Shown here: one piece after another, positions 42,976-52,129 of the stretch
Numbering within the stretch: position 1 is the stretch's first letter
Layout: each line of letters starts with the position of its first letter
Assembly (NCBI GenBank): GCA_041489155.1
Contig: JBGPQP010000003.1
Span: 47,744-111,743, forward strand
DNA from: Candidatus Aenigmatarchaeota archaeon
GTDB lineage: Archaea > Aenigmatarchaeota > Aenigmatarchaeia > QMZP01 > QMZT01
Direction of reading: 5' to 3'
DNA: 64,000 bases
Position numbers and translations under genes: made by a program
Notes under the pieces: generated by a model
The model's input: only the letters and a program-made list of their open reading frames with translations
Told to the model about the DNA's origin: nothing
Database searches by the model: none

Positions 42976-43668
42976 CTAGTCCAGAATCCATTCCACGTAA
43001 ACGGCAACTTCCCTGATGCCGAATTTTATCTTGCGCAGGTCAGCGCCTTCGATTTCCTTTTTGGGATATATCCAGTAAGCAGAAAGCAGGACGTCGTAGC
43101 CGATCTTTTCATGCGTCCTTAAGTAGCAGCGGAGCTTCTTTATGTAATCGCATATGTACCATTCCCTTGTGCGGGGCTTTTTGTATTCCTTCCTCTTTAT
43201 CGACATCAGTATCTCGATCCATCCCTTCGCGACTCTTCTGTGGCCTATCTTCAGCATCGCTTCTATGTCTTCCTTTATGGACTTTATGTCCCCGTGCGAG
43301 AGGCGGACGACATCGTACGGCGGCGTATGGGAATGGTAGCCTCCGACTATTTCCGCCTCGAAGGAGTCAATCGTCCTCAGCACGCGTTTGAAGGCCGCTA
43401 TGTTGCCGTGCGTCACTTCCGAGGGCGTGCGCCTTTCCATCTGGAAGGGGTAGACGTTCTTTATCGACACCACGTTCTTCTTCTCGCCTTTTATTGCCTT
43501 GAAGGTCTTGTGTCCCAGCAGAACGCCGTTGGTCTCCCTGTTGTAGACCTCTATCGCAGAAGTAATGAGTTCCTTGAAGGCATGGCTTTCTATGAAGATG
43601 TCACGCATATCGTTTTCCTGTTTTCTCTTTGTTTTCACCGACTTCTTTCTGCGGGGCTTTTTTTTCAT
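42976..43668 (-). CDS. JAB/MPN (JAMM-like) domain protein
   Basis: ETNGVLLG...VGGYHSH...LSHGD motif. Confidence 0.7.
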   Translation of the reverse strand: MKKKPRRKKSVKTKRKQENDMRDIFIESHAFKELITSAIEVYNRETNGVLLGHKTFKAIKGEKKNVVSIKNVYPFQMERRTPSEVTHGNIAAFKRVLRTIDSFEAEIVGGYHSHTPPYDVVRLSHGDIKSIKEDIEAMLKIGHRRVAKGWIEILMSIKRKEYKKPRTREWYICDYIKKLRCYLRTHEKIGYDVLLSAYWIYPKKEIEGADLRKIKFGIREVAVYVEWILD

Positions 43669-43739
43669 GTTTTATAATTCGCTTTACCCGTTAAATATCC
43701 TTCCCTTGCTGCCAACTCCAGAAAATCCTGCACACAAGG

Positions 43740-43747
43740 TTTATAAA
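43740..43747 (+). promoter_or_regulatory. Putative TATA box of the leader/HTH/trpB2 unit
   Basis: TTTATAAA about 25-30 nt upstream of the ATG at 43770. Confidence 0.55.
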
Positions 43748-43769
43748 AATAAGCCGCCAAGTAATTGTC

Positions 43770-43862
43770 ATGATGAATGAAGCGATACCTGGAAACGCGA
43801 ATGCGAATTCTTTACTCATGGGTATCGCAAGAAAGCACATTTATTTTTGGATGAAGCTCTAA
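43770..43862 (+). CDS. Putative 30-aa leader peptide ending ...HIYFWMKL
   Basis: My translation; ATG at the expected transcription start; overlaps a hairpin at 43849-43871. Confidence 0.45.
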   Translation: MMNEAIPGNANANSLLMGIARKHIYFWMKL

Positions 43863-43909
43863 GCTTCATCCCAAGCTTCTGCATCTAATTCCCAAAGAGG
43901 GGTTTGAGG

Positions 43910-44287
43910 ATGATTCTGCAATATTACTCCGGGCTGAAAGAGGATTCTTGCGAACTGAGCGTCAACGAGATTTTCAGCGTTGCGCTGCGGCTAGCCGGCA
44001 GGTGCCTTAACGGCAAGAGGATCGAAATCCTCCGCATGATAGCCGAACAGGACGGAGCGAGGACGATAACCTCGACCGTCGACCACATATCGGAAGAGCT
44101 GGGCTGCCCGAAATCGACCGTATGGATCAACGTGAACATGCTTAAAGAGCTCGGCCTCATAGAGAACGGCCGCGGCAATCCTGTAAGAGTGACGAAGGTG
44201 GGCGAAATACTGCTCAGGCAGATTGAAGACGACAAGGGGAAAGGTAAATTTGCTGAAAAGGCAATTACGAAAGGTGCTGGCGTATGA
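43910..44287 (+). CDS. Winged-helix transcription regulator
   Basis: IEILRM...ISEELGCPKSTVWINVNMLKELGLI...VTKVG. Confidence 0.8.
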   Translation: MILQYYSGLKEDSCELSVNEIFSVALRLAGRCLNGKRIEILRMIAEQDGARTITSTVDHISEELGCPKSTVWINVNMLKELGLIENGRGNPVRVTKVGEILLRQIEDDKGKGKFAEKAITKGAGV

Positions 44288-44317
44288 AGCATTATACCAA
44301 ACACATGGCTGGGAAAG

Positions 44318-44545
44318 ATGGCGCAAAAAAATATTCGGAAGAAGGGGCTCCTGTTGCGGGCTCTCGAAGACGGGATGTTAAAAGCGATAGAACTTTCAGC
44401 AGCCGGCATTGTAATCGGCCTCGAGCCGCAGGTGATCTTGGTTTCGTCCACTGCGGTCTTCGCGGGCTCCCTGGCCTACAAGGCAGTAATGCTGAAGGTC
44501 TCGGAGAATTCGGAAAAGAAGCGAGTGCAAGTGTTAAGGAGGTAG
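44318..44545 (+). CDS. Small hypothetical protein
   Basis: 75-aa ORF in operon position, with a hydrophobic stretch. Confidence 0.45.
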   Translation: MAQKNIRKKGLLLRALEDGMLKAIELSAAGIVIGLEPQVILVSSTAVFAGSLAYKAVMLKVSENSEKKRVQVLRR

Positions 44546-44549
44546 GAGC

Positions 44550-44753
44550 ATGAGGAGAATTGTACTGACTTCACAGTATGGAGGTCCGGGCTCGGTTATG
44601 ACAGAAAGGGGAGGCTCTTATTTCGTCCCTAGCAGTTACGGCAATGAAAAAACCACAGTAGGCAACGAGCCTTCCGATTCGATGAGTCCGTTGAAAAACC
44701 TGATACCTGCGGCGGACATGGTTTCGGCAGATAGCCAGCAAACTGTGGCGTAG
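44550..44753 (+). CDS. Small hypothetical protein
   Basis: 67 aa; strong GGAGG/GGAG SD. Confidence 0.45.
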   Translation: MRRIVLTSQYGGPGSVMTERGGSYFVPSSYGNEKTTVGNEPSDSMSPLKNLIPAADMVSADSQQTVA

Positions 44754-44821
44754 GGCAGGCATTTGTATCATAGGAGGTGCTAGTATGAGAACGCATAGGG
44801 AAAAAGAAGAGAAAAGCAAAG

Positions 44822-46126
44822 GTGGTGAACTCTGGCTTCAGAGTCGATTTGAATGAGAACGAAATGCCCAGGCATTTCTACAACATTCTGCCAGACCTGC
44901 CAGAGCCGCTGCCGATGCCGCTGAATCCGGCGAGCGGTGAACCAATAAGACCTGAAATGCTGGAGCCCTTGTTCTGCAAAGAGCTGATAAGACAGGAATT
45001 CGCTGAAGAAAAGTTTGTGAAAATACCCGTAGAGCTGAGAGAGCTTTTTCTGAAGATAGGAAGGCCTCGCCCTCTGTGCAGGGCAACCAGGCTCGAACAC
45101 GCGCTCAAGCTGCCTGGAGACGTGCGCATATTCTACAAGCGCGAGGATTTGTCGCCAGTCGGTTCGCACAAGCCGAACACAGCGCTAGCGCAGGCTTATT
45201 ACGCGGCCAAAGCCGGGGTGGAAACGCTCACGACGGAGACGGGCGCGGGCCAGTGGGGTTCGGCGCTTGCGATGGCCTGCGCTTTTACCGGAATGAAATG
45301 CATCGTGTACATGGTCAGGGTGAGTTACGAGAAAAAGCCGTACAGAAAATTCCTCATGGGCCTGTTCGGCGCGGAAGTTCACCCTTCACCGAGCGATACG
45401 ACAGCGATAGGCAGGAAGATTCGCGAGCGCTTTCCAGACACGCCAGGCTCGCTTGGCATAGCGATTTCCGAGGCGATAGAAGTCGCGGCGAAAAACGAGA
45501 AAGCGAACTACTCGCTGGGCAGCGTGCTCAATCACGTGCTCATGCACCAGACGGTGATAGGCCTCGAAACGCAAAAGCAGTTTGAAATTATCGACGAGAA
45601 GCCTGATGTCGTGATAGGCTGCGTTGGAGGGGGGTCGAATTTCGCCGGTCTCGCCTACCCGTTCATTGCTGAAAAGCTTGCGGGGAAAAACGATTGCGAT
45701 TTCGTCGCCGTCGAGCCGGACGTCGTCCCGAGCATGACGAAAGGCGAGTACAAGTATGACTTCGGCGACACCGGCAAGCTTACGCCGCTGCTCAAGATGT
45801 ACACGCTGGGATGCGAATTCATTCCTGACGCGATACACGCCGGCGGCCTGCGCTACCACGGTTGCGCGCCGACGCTCAGCCTGCTGAAAAAATTGGGCAT
45901 AGTAAAAGCGGTAGCCTACGGCCAGAAGGAAACGTTCGAGGCAGGCAGACTTTTCGCAAGGAGCGAGGGCATCATCCCCGCGCCTGAGACGAACTTCGCT
46001 ATCAAGGCGGCGATAGACAAGGCATTGCAGGCGAAGCAGGCGAAGGAGAATAAAACGATTGTATTCAACCTGAGCGGCCACGGCCTGCTCGATCTGCAGG
46101 GCTACCACGAGGTGCTGGACATATGA
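44822..46126 (+). CDS. trpB2: Tryptophan synthase beta chain, TrpB2 type (start uncertain)
   Basis: [45 protein letters not shown] and NLSGHG motifs. Confidence 0.95.
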   Translation: MVNSGFRVDLNENEMPRHFYNILPDLPEPLPMPLNPASGEPIRPEMLEPLFCKELIRQEFAEEKFVKIPVELRELFLKIGRPRPLCRATRLEHALKLPGDVRIFYKREDLSPVGSHKPNTALAQAYYAAKAGVETLTTETGAGQWGSALAMACAFTGMKCIVYMVRVSYEKKPYRKFLMGLFGAEVHPSPSDTTAIGRKIRERFPDTPGSLGIAISEAIEVAAKNEKANYSLGSVLNHVLMHQTVIGLETQKQFEIIDEKPDVVIGCVGGGSNFAGLAYPFIAEKLAGKNDCDFVAVEPDVVPSMTKGEYKYDFGDTGKLTPLLKMYTLGCEFIPDAIHAGGLRYHGCAPTLSLLKKLGIVKAVAYGQKETFEAGRLFARSEGIIPAPETNFAIKAAIDKALQAKQAKENKTIVFNLSGHGLLDLQGYHEVLDI

Positions 46127-46197
46127 CTTAAAAACGAGCAAAATAAATACTGAGCAGTTCAAATATAGAATATTAAAGAAGCTTTACAGGTGCCAGA

Positions 46198-47313
46198 ATG
46201 AAAATCGAGATAAACCCATGGGGCTCGACGGATGTCAAGGACTACGACAAGATGTGCGAGGAGTTCGGCATCCAGCCTTTCGCGCCTCTGCTGAAGAGAA
46301 TGAAGGAGCCTCATCTACTCATGAGAAGAGGCATCGTTTTCGGCCATCGCGATTTCGACAAGATTCTCGACGCGCTGCAACGAAAAGAGAGTTACGCGAT
46401 GCTCACGGGTCTCATGCCTTCGGGCAAATTCCATCTCGGGCACAAGATCCTCGCCGAGCAGATAATCTACCACCAGCAGGTGCTCGGCGCGAAGGTGTTC
46501 ATCTGCGTCGCCGACATCGAAGCGTATAACATGCGCATCGACAACATGGAAGAGCTGAGGAGGATAGCGATAGAAGAATACCTGCTCAACTACATAGCCC
46601 TCGGCCTCGAGCCGAAGAATTGCGAGTTCTATTTCCAAAGCGCGCGTTCGAAAAACCCGGACCAAGCCAACGCTTTCTACCGCCTCAGCGGCATGGCCGC
46701 GAGAAAGGTGACGTTCAACGAGATGAAGGCCGTCTACGGAGAAATCACTCCCGGCAAGGTCATGTCGGTCATGACTCAGGTCGCGGACATCCTGCATCCG
46801 ATGCTCCCGCAGTTCGGAGGCTACAAGCATGTAGTCGTGCCTGTCGGAGTCGACCAGGACCCGCACATCCGCCTGAGCAGGGACATCGCCTCGCGCTTCT
46901 ATAAGGAATTCAAGTTCAATCTGCCAGCTTCGACTTATCATGCTTTCATAAAGGGTCTCAAGGGCGGGAAGATGTCGAGCTCTGACCCGTATTCCTACAT
47001 CGCCCTCACAGACGACCCGCAGACAGCGAAAACGAAGATAGTGAAATACGCCTTCTCCGGCGGCCGCGATACGCTTGAAGAACACAGGAAGAAGGGAGGC
47101 GTGCCCGAAGTCGACGTCTCATATCAATATCTTTATTCCCAGTTCGAGCCGGACGACAAAAAGATAAAGCAGATTTACGACGACTACAAATCCGGCAGGC
47201 TGCTTAGCGGCGAACTGAAGCAGATGCTGATAGAGAAGATGCAAGCCTTCCTCGCCGAGCACGCCAGGAAGAGGGAGCACGCAAGGAAGCAGTTAGACAA
47301 GTTCTTAAAATAA
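46198..47313 (+). CDS. trpS: Tryptophanyl-tRNA synthetase
   Basis: TGLMPSGKFHLGH, VPVGVDQDPH, KMSSS and AFSGG motifs. Confidence 0.96.
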   Translation: MKIEINPWGSTDVKDYDKMCEEFGIQPFAPLLKRMKEPHLLMRRGIVFGHRDFDKILDALQRKESYAMLTGLMPSGKFHLGHKILAEQIIYHQQVLGAKVFICVADIEAYNMRIDNMEELRRIAIEEYLLNYIALGLEPKNCEFYFQSARSKNPDQANAFYRLSGMAARKVTFNEMKAVYGEITPGKVMSVMTQVADILHPMLPQFGGYKHVVVPVGVDQDPHIRLSRDIASRFYKEFKFNLPASTYHAFIKGLKGGKMSSSDPYSYIALTDDPQTAKTKIVKYAFSGGRDTLEEHRKKGGVPEVDVSYQYLYSQFEPDDKKIKQIYDDYKSGRLLSGELKQMLIEKMQAFLAEHARKREHARKQLDKFLK

Positions 47314-47332
47314 AGCCGCCTAAATATTCTAT

Positions 47333-47470
47333 GCGGGGGTTCCCGAGTGGCCAAAGGGGCAGGACTTAAGTCTGTTTGGCTTAAGTTATGAGGTCTTCTG
47401 ACCTGTGATTAAGCTCTTTAAGAAATCCTGTGGCTTAGTGCCTTCCGGAGTTCGATTCTCCGCTCCCGCA
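47333..47470 (+). tRNA. tRNA-Leu(TAA) with a 54-nt intron at 37/38 (47371-47424)
   Basis: Acceptor stem GCGGGGG/CTCCCGC; anticodon arm CAGGA-CT-TAA-G^A-TCCTG; long variable arm; intron TTAA pairs with the anticodon (BHB-like). Confidence 0.92.
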
Positions 47471-47554
47471 TTCTTCTTATTTTTCAAATTTCGATAAACC
47501 TTTCTCTGAAAAAGGTTCAAAATAAAAGAAAAAGACAACGAACTGCTTCGCTGT

Positions 47555-47911
47555 TTACTTGACCAGTTTTATGTCGATTGTTGAGACATTAAGCTGCATG
47601 TTGTTTTCTGCCTGTATCCTTTCTGTCCCTATGTCTATCGAGTGCTTGACGTTGTTGACGAACCTGTTCCTGACGACCTCCACGACATCGACTGCCCTGG
47701 AAATCGCCCTGCCTCTTGCCTTTATGTGCACTTCCTTCGCTCCCTGCGAGAACTGTGTTATCACTGCCAGCACATAAGACATCGTCGGTTTCTGCCCGAC
47801 AAACACTGTGTTGTCATCCGCTCTTGACCTCACTCTTTCAGGTCTTTCGTTTCTTGGTTCGCTCTTTGCCTCACTTCTTGCTTCCTTGGTTTCCTTCTTT
47901 TCTTCTGCCAT
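47555..47911 (-). CDS. albA: DNA/RNA-binding protein Alba
   Basis: [15 protein letters not shown] and [14 protein letters not shown] motifs; GGAGGTG SD; N-terminal extension. Confidence 0.96.
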   Translation of the reverse strand: MAEEKKETKEARSEAKSEPRNERPERVRSRADDNTVFVGQKPTMSYVLAVITQFSQGAKEVHIKARGRAISRAVDVVEVVRNRFVNNVKHSIDIGTERIQAENNMQLNVSTIDIKLVK

Positions 47912-48017
47912 GCTAAGCACCTCCTAAATCACTTGGTGTTTGTTTTCGCTATCGTCCGCTAGCTTTCTTGCTAGTATTGTTAATTAAGTTTATGGAAAGA
48001 GTATTTAAAAGTTAAGG

Positions 48018-50090
48018 TCATGCTCCGTAGAATTCTTCAAGGCTGCCAGTTATCGCTTCTCCTATCCTTTCCTGTTGCGTCGGGTCGTTGAGCAGATTGG
48101 CTTCCTGCAGGTTGCATATGAAAGCGGTTTCTATCAGCACAGCAGGCATCCTCGCATCCATGAGGACGCCGAGATCAGCGCCTCTTATGCCCCTGTCGGC
48201 GGTCCCCAGCGTGTTGACCAGCAGAGGTTGTATGTCTTCGGCGAGCTGCCTACTGCTCTGAAACATTGCATTGGAGCTGTAGCAGTTGCCTACGTTGCAT
48301 ATGTCAAGCACACGATTGTTTTCGGCGTCAGCCGAACACAAGCAATAAACAAAGGTCTCAGTTCCCACGCCATTACAGTTTTGGTCGCTGTTCGCATGTA
48401 TGCTTATGAAGATGTCCGCGTTGTTGTTATTTGCGACCGCCGTTCTCGCTGCGAGGTCAAGACTGGAGTCATCGTTTCTCGTGTATATCACCCTTGCCCC
48501 TCTGTTTGTCATTTCTGCGCCTATCATCCTTGCTATCTGGAGGTTCACTTCCCTTTCCACTATGTTTGTTCCGGATGGGCCCAGAGCACCCGGATCCCCT
48601 CCGCCATGGCCGGGGTCCAGCACGATTGTCCTGCCGGCGAGCGTAAGGCCAGGAGCTGTCGTGCCTCCTGGCGGCGTGGTTCCGCTTGGCGGAGTAGTTG
48701 TCCCGCCTGTGCCAGAAGGAGTCTGGCATAAAGACCATTTTGACTGCAGCTCATTGCCAACATACTCAGCCAGGGCCTTGTAACCGTCGGAGTTAAGATG
48801 TAGATGATCTCCGGCATCGTATCCTGCTATCAGCTTGTCCGTATCGCCTTCCTCCGTTTTTTCGTAGGCATCAATGACATCATAACCTGAACCTTTCAGC
48901 CATGTGTTAACCTCATCAATTTTTTGCTGCTTCGTCGCATCCCAGTTGGCGGAGTCTTTGCAGGGAAGAAGTGTGAGATAGACGACATGCACCTTCTTCT
49001 TGTCTGCCTCTTCGTGGATTTTTTGGAGGTTACTAATCACGTCATTCGCGCTTGCTCCGCCAGCTATGTCGTTGACTCCGCCCAGAACAACGACAGTATT
49101 ATACTTACCGTTCTCAGCGATGTCGCTGTTTTTCGTTATGTTGTCCAGCATCTGCGCCGTGGTTCTGCTAACCTCAGCGTCGCTGAAAATCACGTTTGGG
49201 CATATCGGTTTGTTGACCAGGTAAGGAGAGTACCCCATCGTGAGGGAATCTCCTAGCAGCAGGGTTTTGCCCGCGCTGCCGGCCGGGGCGCAAGATTTTC
49301 CGAAGTTCACCAGGAAGACCATGCTTATCGGCTCGAAGGCAATGCTTGCTCCGTTGGCAATAGGGAAAGTTTTTGACGTATCGGTTACCTTGACAGTCAC
49401 CGTGCAAGGTTCTGTTGCGTTGTCAGAGGTGGCGACGATTTCATAGCTGCCCTCTTTCGTGTTCAGCGTGCTTGTGCAGCCTTTTATCCTCCCGGCGACA
49501 TCTATCGCCTTTTCATGCAGGGAGAAAAAGTCGAACCCGTACACATTCTCCATCTTTGATGAAATTTCAACCATTATCGTTTCCCCGCCGACGCCATGGC
49601 TGGCGGTCTCTTTCAGGTAAATTGTCCTGTCACCTTCGGTGCTGACGTTCATGCCGGAGGCAGTTTCTGTGATGTTCATGCCCGGTTCGCTGAAGTGCGG
49701 CAGGACGACGTCCTTGCCCATGAAACTGTAGAAAGCATTGGTGCCGCTTGTGTAGCCGTTAAGGTTTTTCAGTATCTCAGTCTTGAGATTCTTTTCAATC
49801 TCGTTTTTATCCTTAACGAGCTCACATGCGCTTCCTCCGCTTTTTTTGCCTAGGTCGTACATCGCCTGGTAAACAGAGTAGGTCAGTGCGGTTTTTGCAT
49901 ACACTCTTGCGAACTTCAGGGCGTATTCGGCAGTGTAGACGTTGCTTTTTGCCTGTATTTCTGTTTTCTTGCTCGAACCTATTACAGTGCCAAAGAGCGG
50001 CAAGGAAACGGACAGCGCTCCCACTACCATTATCAGAGCTATAAGGAATCCTATTATGTAAATTATACCTTCCTGTCCTTTCATTGCCAT
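48018..50090 (-). CDS. Pilin-like N-terminus + SGNH/GDSL esterase + N-acetylmuramoyl-L-alanine amidase (Amidase_3)
   Basis: MKG|QEG followed by a hydrophobic helix. SGNH motifs GDSLT, GGVND and DHLH. T/P/G-rich linker. Amidase motifs LDPGHGG.DPGA, EREVNL, SIHAN and PAVLIETAF. Confidence 0.9.
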   Translation of the reverse strand: MAMKGQEGIIYIIGFLIALIMVVGALSVSLPLFGTVIGSSKKTEIQAKSNVYTAEYALKFARVYAKTALTYSVYQAMYDLGKKSGGSACELVKDKNEIEKNLKTEILKNLNGYTSGTNAFYSFMGKDVVLPHFSEPGMNITETASGMNVSTEGDRTIYLKETASHGVGGETIMVEISSKMENVYGFDFFSLHEKAIDVAGRIKGCTSTLNTKEGSYEIVATSDNATEPCTVTVKVTDTSKTFPIANGASIAFEPISMVFLVNFGKSCAPAGSAGKTLLLGDSLTMGYSPYLVNKPICPNVIFSDAEVSRTTAQMLDNITKNSDIAENGKYNTVVVLGGVNDIAGGASANDVISNLQKIHEEADKKKVHVVYLTLLPCKDSANWDATKQQKIDEVNTWLKGSGYDVIDAYEKTEEGDTDKLIAGYDAGDHLHLNSDGYKALAEYVGNELQSKWSLCQTPSGTGGTTTPPSGTTPPGGTTAPGLTLAGRTIVLDPGHGGGDPGALGPSGTNIVEREVNLQIARMIGAEMTNRGARVIYTRNDDSSLDLAARTAVANNNNADIFISIHANSDQNCNGVGTETFVYCLCSADAENNRVLDICNVGNCYSSNAMFQSSRQLAEDIQPLLVNTLGTADRGIRGADLGVLMDARMPAVLIETAFICNLQEANLLNDPTQQERIGEAITGSLEEFYGA

Positions 50091-50515
50091 GTTATCATCT
50101 CTACATATCCGGTTTTCCCGCCAGGCATCGGGATGGTGCTCTTCAGCAGGGTCGATGCAGGCGGCTCGCCTGATTTTTTGACAAGTTCGCCTGAGCTCTT
50201 CGCTTTGACATAGTAGTTTTTGTATGTCGCAAGCGTCTCGTCCATCTGCCTGCTCAGCTCAGGAGGCATGTTCGTCGCCTCGAACATGCCTATCACCTCG
50301 GCGTTTGTGTACTCGCCTTTCCTGGCGTTAAGGAAGCCGAGAATCGAGCTTCCCTCGTCCTCCATTTTCAGGACTATGTCCACATCGCCTCTTATTTTTA
50401 TGATGTTGCCTATGTTGAAGATGTACAGCAGAAGGATGACCAGAAATATACCTCCGCCTACCACAAAGGTCAGCGCCACGGCTTCCAGGGGTGAACCTCC
50501 CTTAAATTTCGACAT
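50081..50515 (-). CDS. Pilin-like membrane-anchored protein
   Basis: MSKFKG|GSPLE followed by a hydrophobic helix (class III signal-like, with E at +5). Confidence 0.7.
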   Translation of the reverse strand: MSKFKGGSPLEAVALTFVVGGGIFLVILLLYIFNIGNIIKIRGDVDIVLKMEDEGSSILGFLNARKGEYTNAEVIGMFEATNMPPELSRQMDETLATYKNYYVKAKSSGELVKKSGEPPASTLLKSTIPMPGGKTGYVEMITWQ

Positions 50516-50939
50516 AGAGACCCCCCACGCTTACTGTGCCATCAGCGTGCTCTATAGAGACAAATATCATGTGGTCGTAGTCGGATAAAGTGTCGGTATC
50601 AGCGAAGCCCCATTTCCTCCCGCTCCCGAAATCCGTCACCGCCGCGTCTATCGACGGCTTTTCTATGCCGCACACTTCCTTTATCTCCTTGTCCCTGTTG
50701 CTGTCGAGGAAGTTCTCTGTTATGAAATAATCCTTGTCGCCGCTAAGCCTGACGAAGCAGTATGCGACAGAATGGGCGGCCTCGACTTTCTTGATGTCGT
50801 CCATCGCCGTCTTTACCGCCCCGCTGATTTCAACGTTGCCAATCACTATAAGTATGAGGCCAGCTATGCCTGCGGCGAACAGCAGCGATTTGTAGACGTT
50901 CTCTAAATCCGTATACCCCAAACCTTTCTTTGTCATCAA
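50502..50939 (-). CDS. Pilin-like membrane-anchored protein
   Basis: MMTKKG|LGY... followed by a hydrophobic helix; Cys pair. Confidence 0.65.
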   Translation of the reverse strand: MMTKKGLGYTDLENVYKSLLFAAGIAGLILIVIGNVEISGAVKTAMDDIKKVEAAHSVAYCFVRLSGDKDYFITENFLDSNRDKEIKEVCGIEKPSIDAAVTDFGSGRKWGFADTDTLSDYDHMIFVSIEHADGTVSVGGLYVEI

Positions 50940-50944
50940 TCCAC

Positions 50945-52129
50945 CTAACAGAACATGAACTGCTCGTAATAGCCGTTCACGTTTTTAACGTAACTGACTA
51001 TGCGGCTGTTGACTCTTTTTTCAAGCACGTCCCACGTGCAAGGGTATGTGCCGCCGCTGCCGCCCGGAACGCAGTTGTTTATCACCACGCCTGGCCCTCC
51101 GTTGTAAGAGCCCGAGACCAGCCTGATAAGATTTTTATCGTCAATGTACGCGTACTGCTTGTCCTGTATCATCTTTACAAGGTACTCCAGATATTTTACC
51201 CCGTATTCTATGCTCGCCTTCGGGTCATACAAACCCTCCGGTTGTCCTGTGTACTTCATTTCCACCGCAGTCGTATAAAGCGTCTGCATCAGGCCGTAGC
51301 TCGCCGATATTCTGGTTTGGGCGATGTATTTGGTATAATCCCTTCCGGCCTCCTTTTCACCGCTCCTCGCGGGATTCTGCCTGAACCACTCCTCTATCGT
51401 CATTCCGTTTGCGGCCGTCATCACGTATTTCTGGTCATAGTTCTTCAGTTTCCCGTCTTCCTGCAGCTTGTAATCGTAATTTGGCTCGTATCTGTAGGCG
51501 TTCTTGTTCCAGTTGCTTTCCTGCTCGATTATGGCTGCCACGAGATTTGCCGCACCGGGTATCAGGTTTTGCAGCTCGCTTGCTCCGAGCACCTCGAAGA
51601 GCACGCCGCTATGTGCGTCGGGAATGCAGCCGCCTGCCTGGGAAAACGAAGAAAAGCCGCTTATCTCGACCAGTCCGCCCGGCACCTTTTTCAGCATGAT
51701 CACCCTCACGTCTGGGAGCGCCAGCTTGCCTGTCGTCTGGTCGACCTTCACGTCGCCTATTATGGGTACCTTGTCGCCGCTTATCTTGTCGCCGGTCCCG
51801 TAATACTTGAGCTGCACGTAATAATTGCCTATGGTCTTGAGCCCGAGGCTGGAAAGGAACTTCTTTATCGCGCCGTACCTTTCTATGTTTATATCATACG
51901 TATCGTTCAGGTCCTTGATTATCGAGCCGCTGTCCATCGACGACAGGAAAGAGACGTAAGTCGCTATGTCGTTCGCTATCAGCGCCATCTTCCCCTCAGG
52001 GCTGCTCTGGAGGGTCGCCTCGGTCTTGGAGTAGAGCGTTGTGACGAGCACTCCGACGAGCAGGATTGAGCTTATAAAAACTATCATTATGCTTACGGCG
52101 AGCGAGGCTGCTTTCATGACCATATTCAT
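50945..52129 (-). CDS. Membrane-anchored/pilin-like protein with a C-terminal SLT lytic transglycosylase domain
   Basis: MKA|ASL followed by a hydrophobic helix. SLT motifs AIIEQES, SYGLMQ, LYDP..SI.YGVKYL, SYNGGPG and YV..V. ATGA overlap with the upstream gene. Confidence 0.9.
   Translation of the reverse strand: MNMVMKAASLAVSIMIVFISSILLVGVLVTTLYSKTEATLQSSPEGKMALIANDIATYVSFLSSMDSGSIIKDLNDTYDINIERYGAIKKFLSSLGLKTIGNYYVQLKYYGTGDKISGDKVPIIGDVKVDQTTGKLALPDVRVIMLKKVPGGLVEISGFSSFSQAGGCIPDAHSGVLFEVLGASELQNLIPGAANLVAAIIEQESNWNKNAYRYEPNYDYKLQEDGKLKNYDQKYVMTAANGMTIEEWFRQNPARSGEKEAGRDYTKYIAQTRISASYGLMQTLYTTAVEMKYTGQPEGLYDPKASIEYGVKYLEYLVKMIQDKQYAYIDDKNLIRLVSGSYNGGPGVVINNCVPGGSGGTYPCTWDVLEKRVNSRIVSYVKNVNGYYEQFMFC

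Noticed and set aside
44284..44553. 89-aa ORF overlapping the HTH gene stop
   Set aside because: It competes with the 44318-44545 frame, which looks more protein-like. This cannot be fully excluded.
47371..47424. tRNA intron as a novel element
   Set aside because: Canonical 37/38 position with BHB-like pairing; ordinary for archaea.
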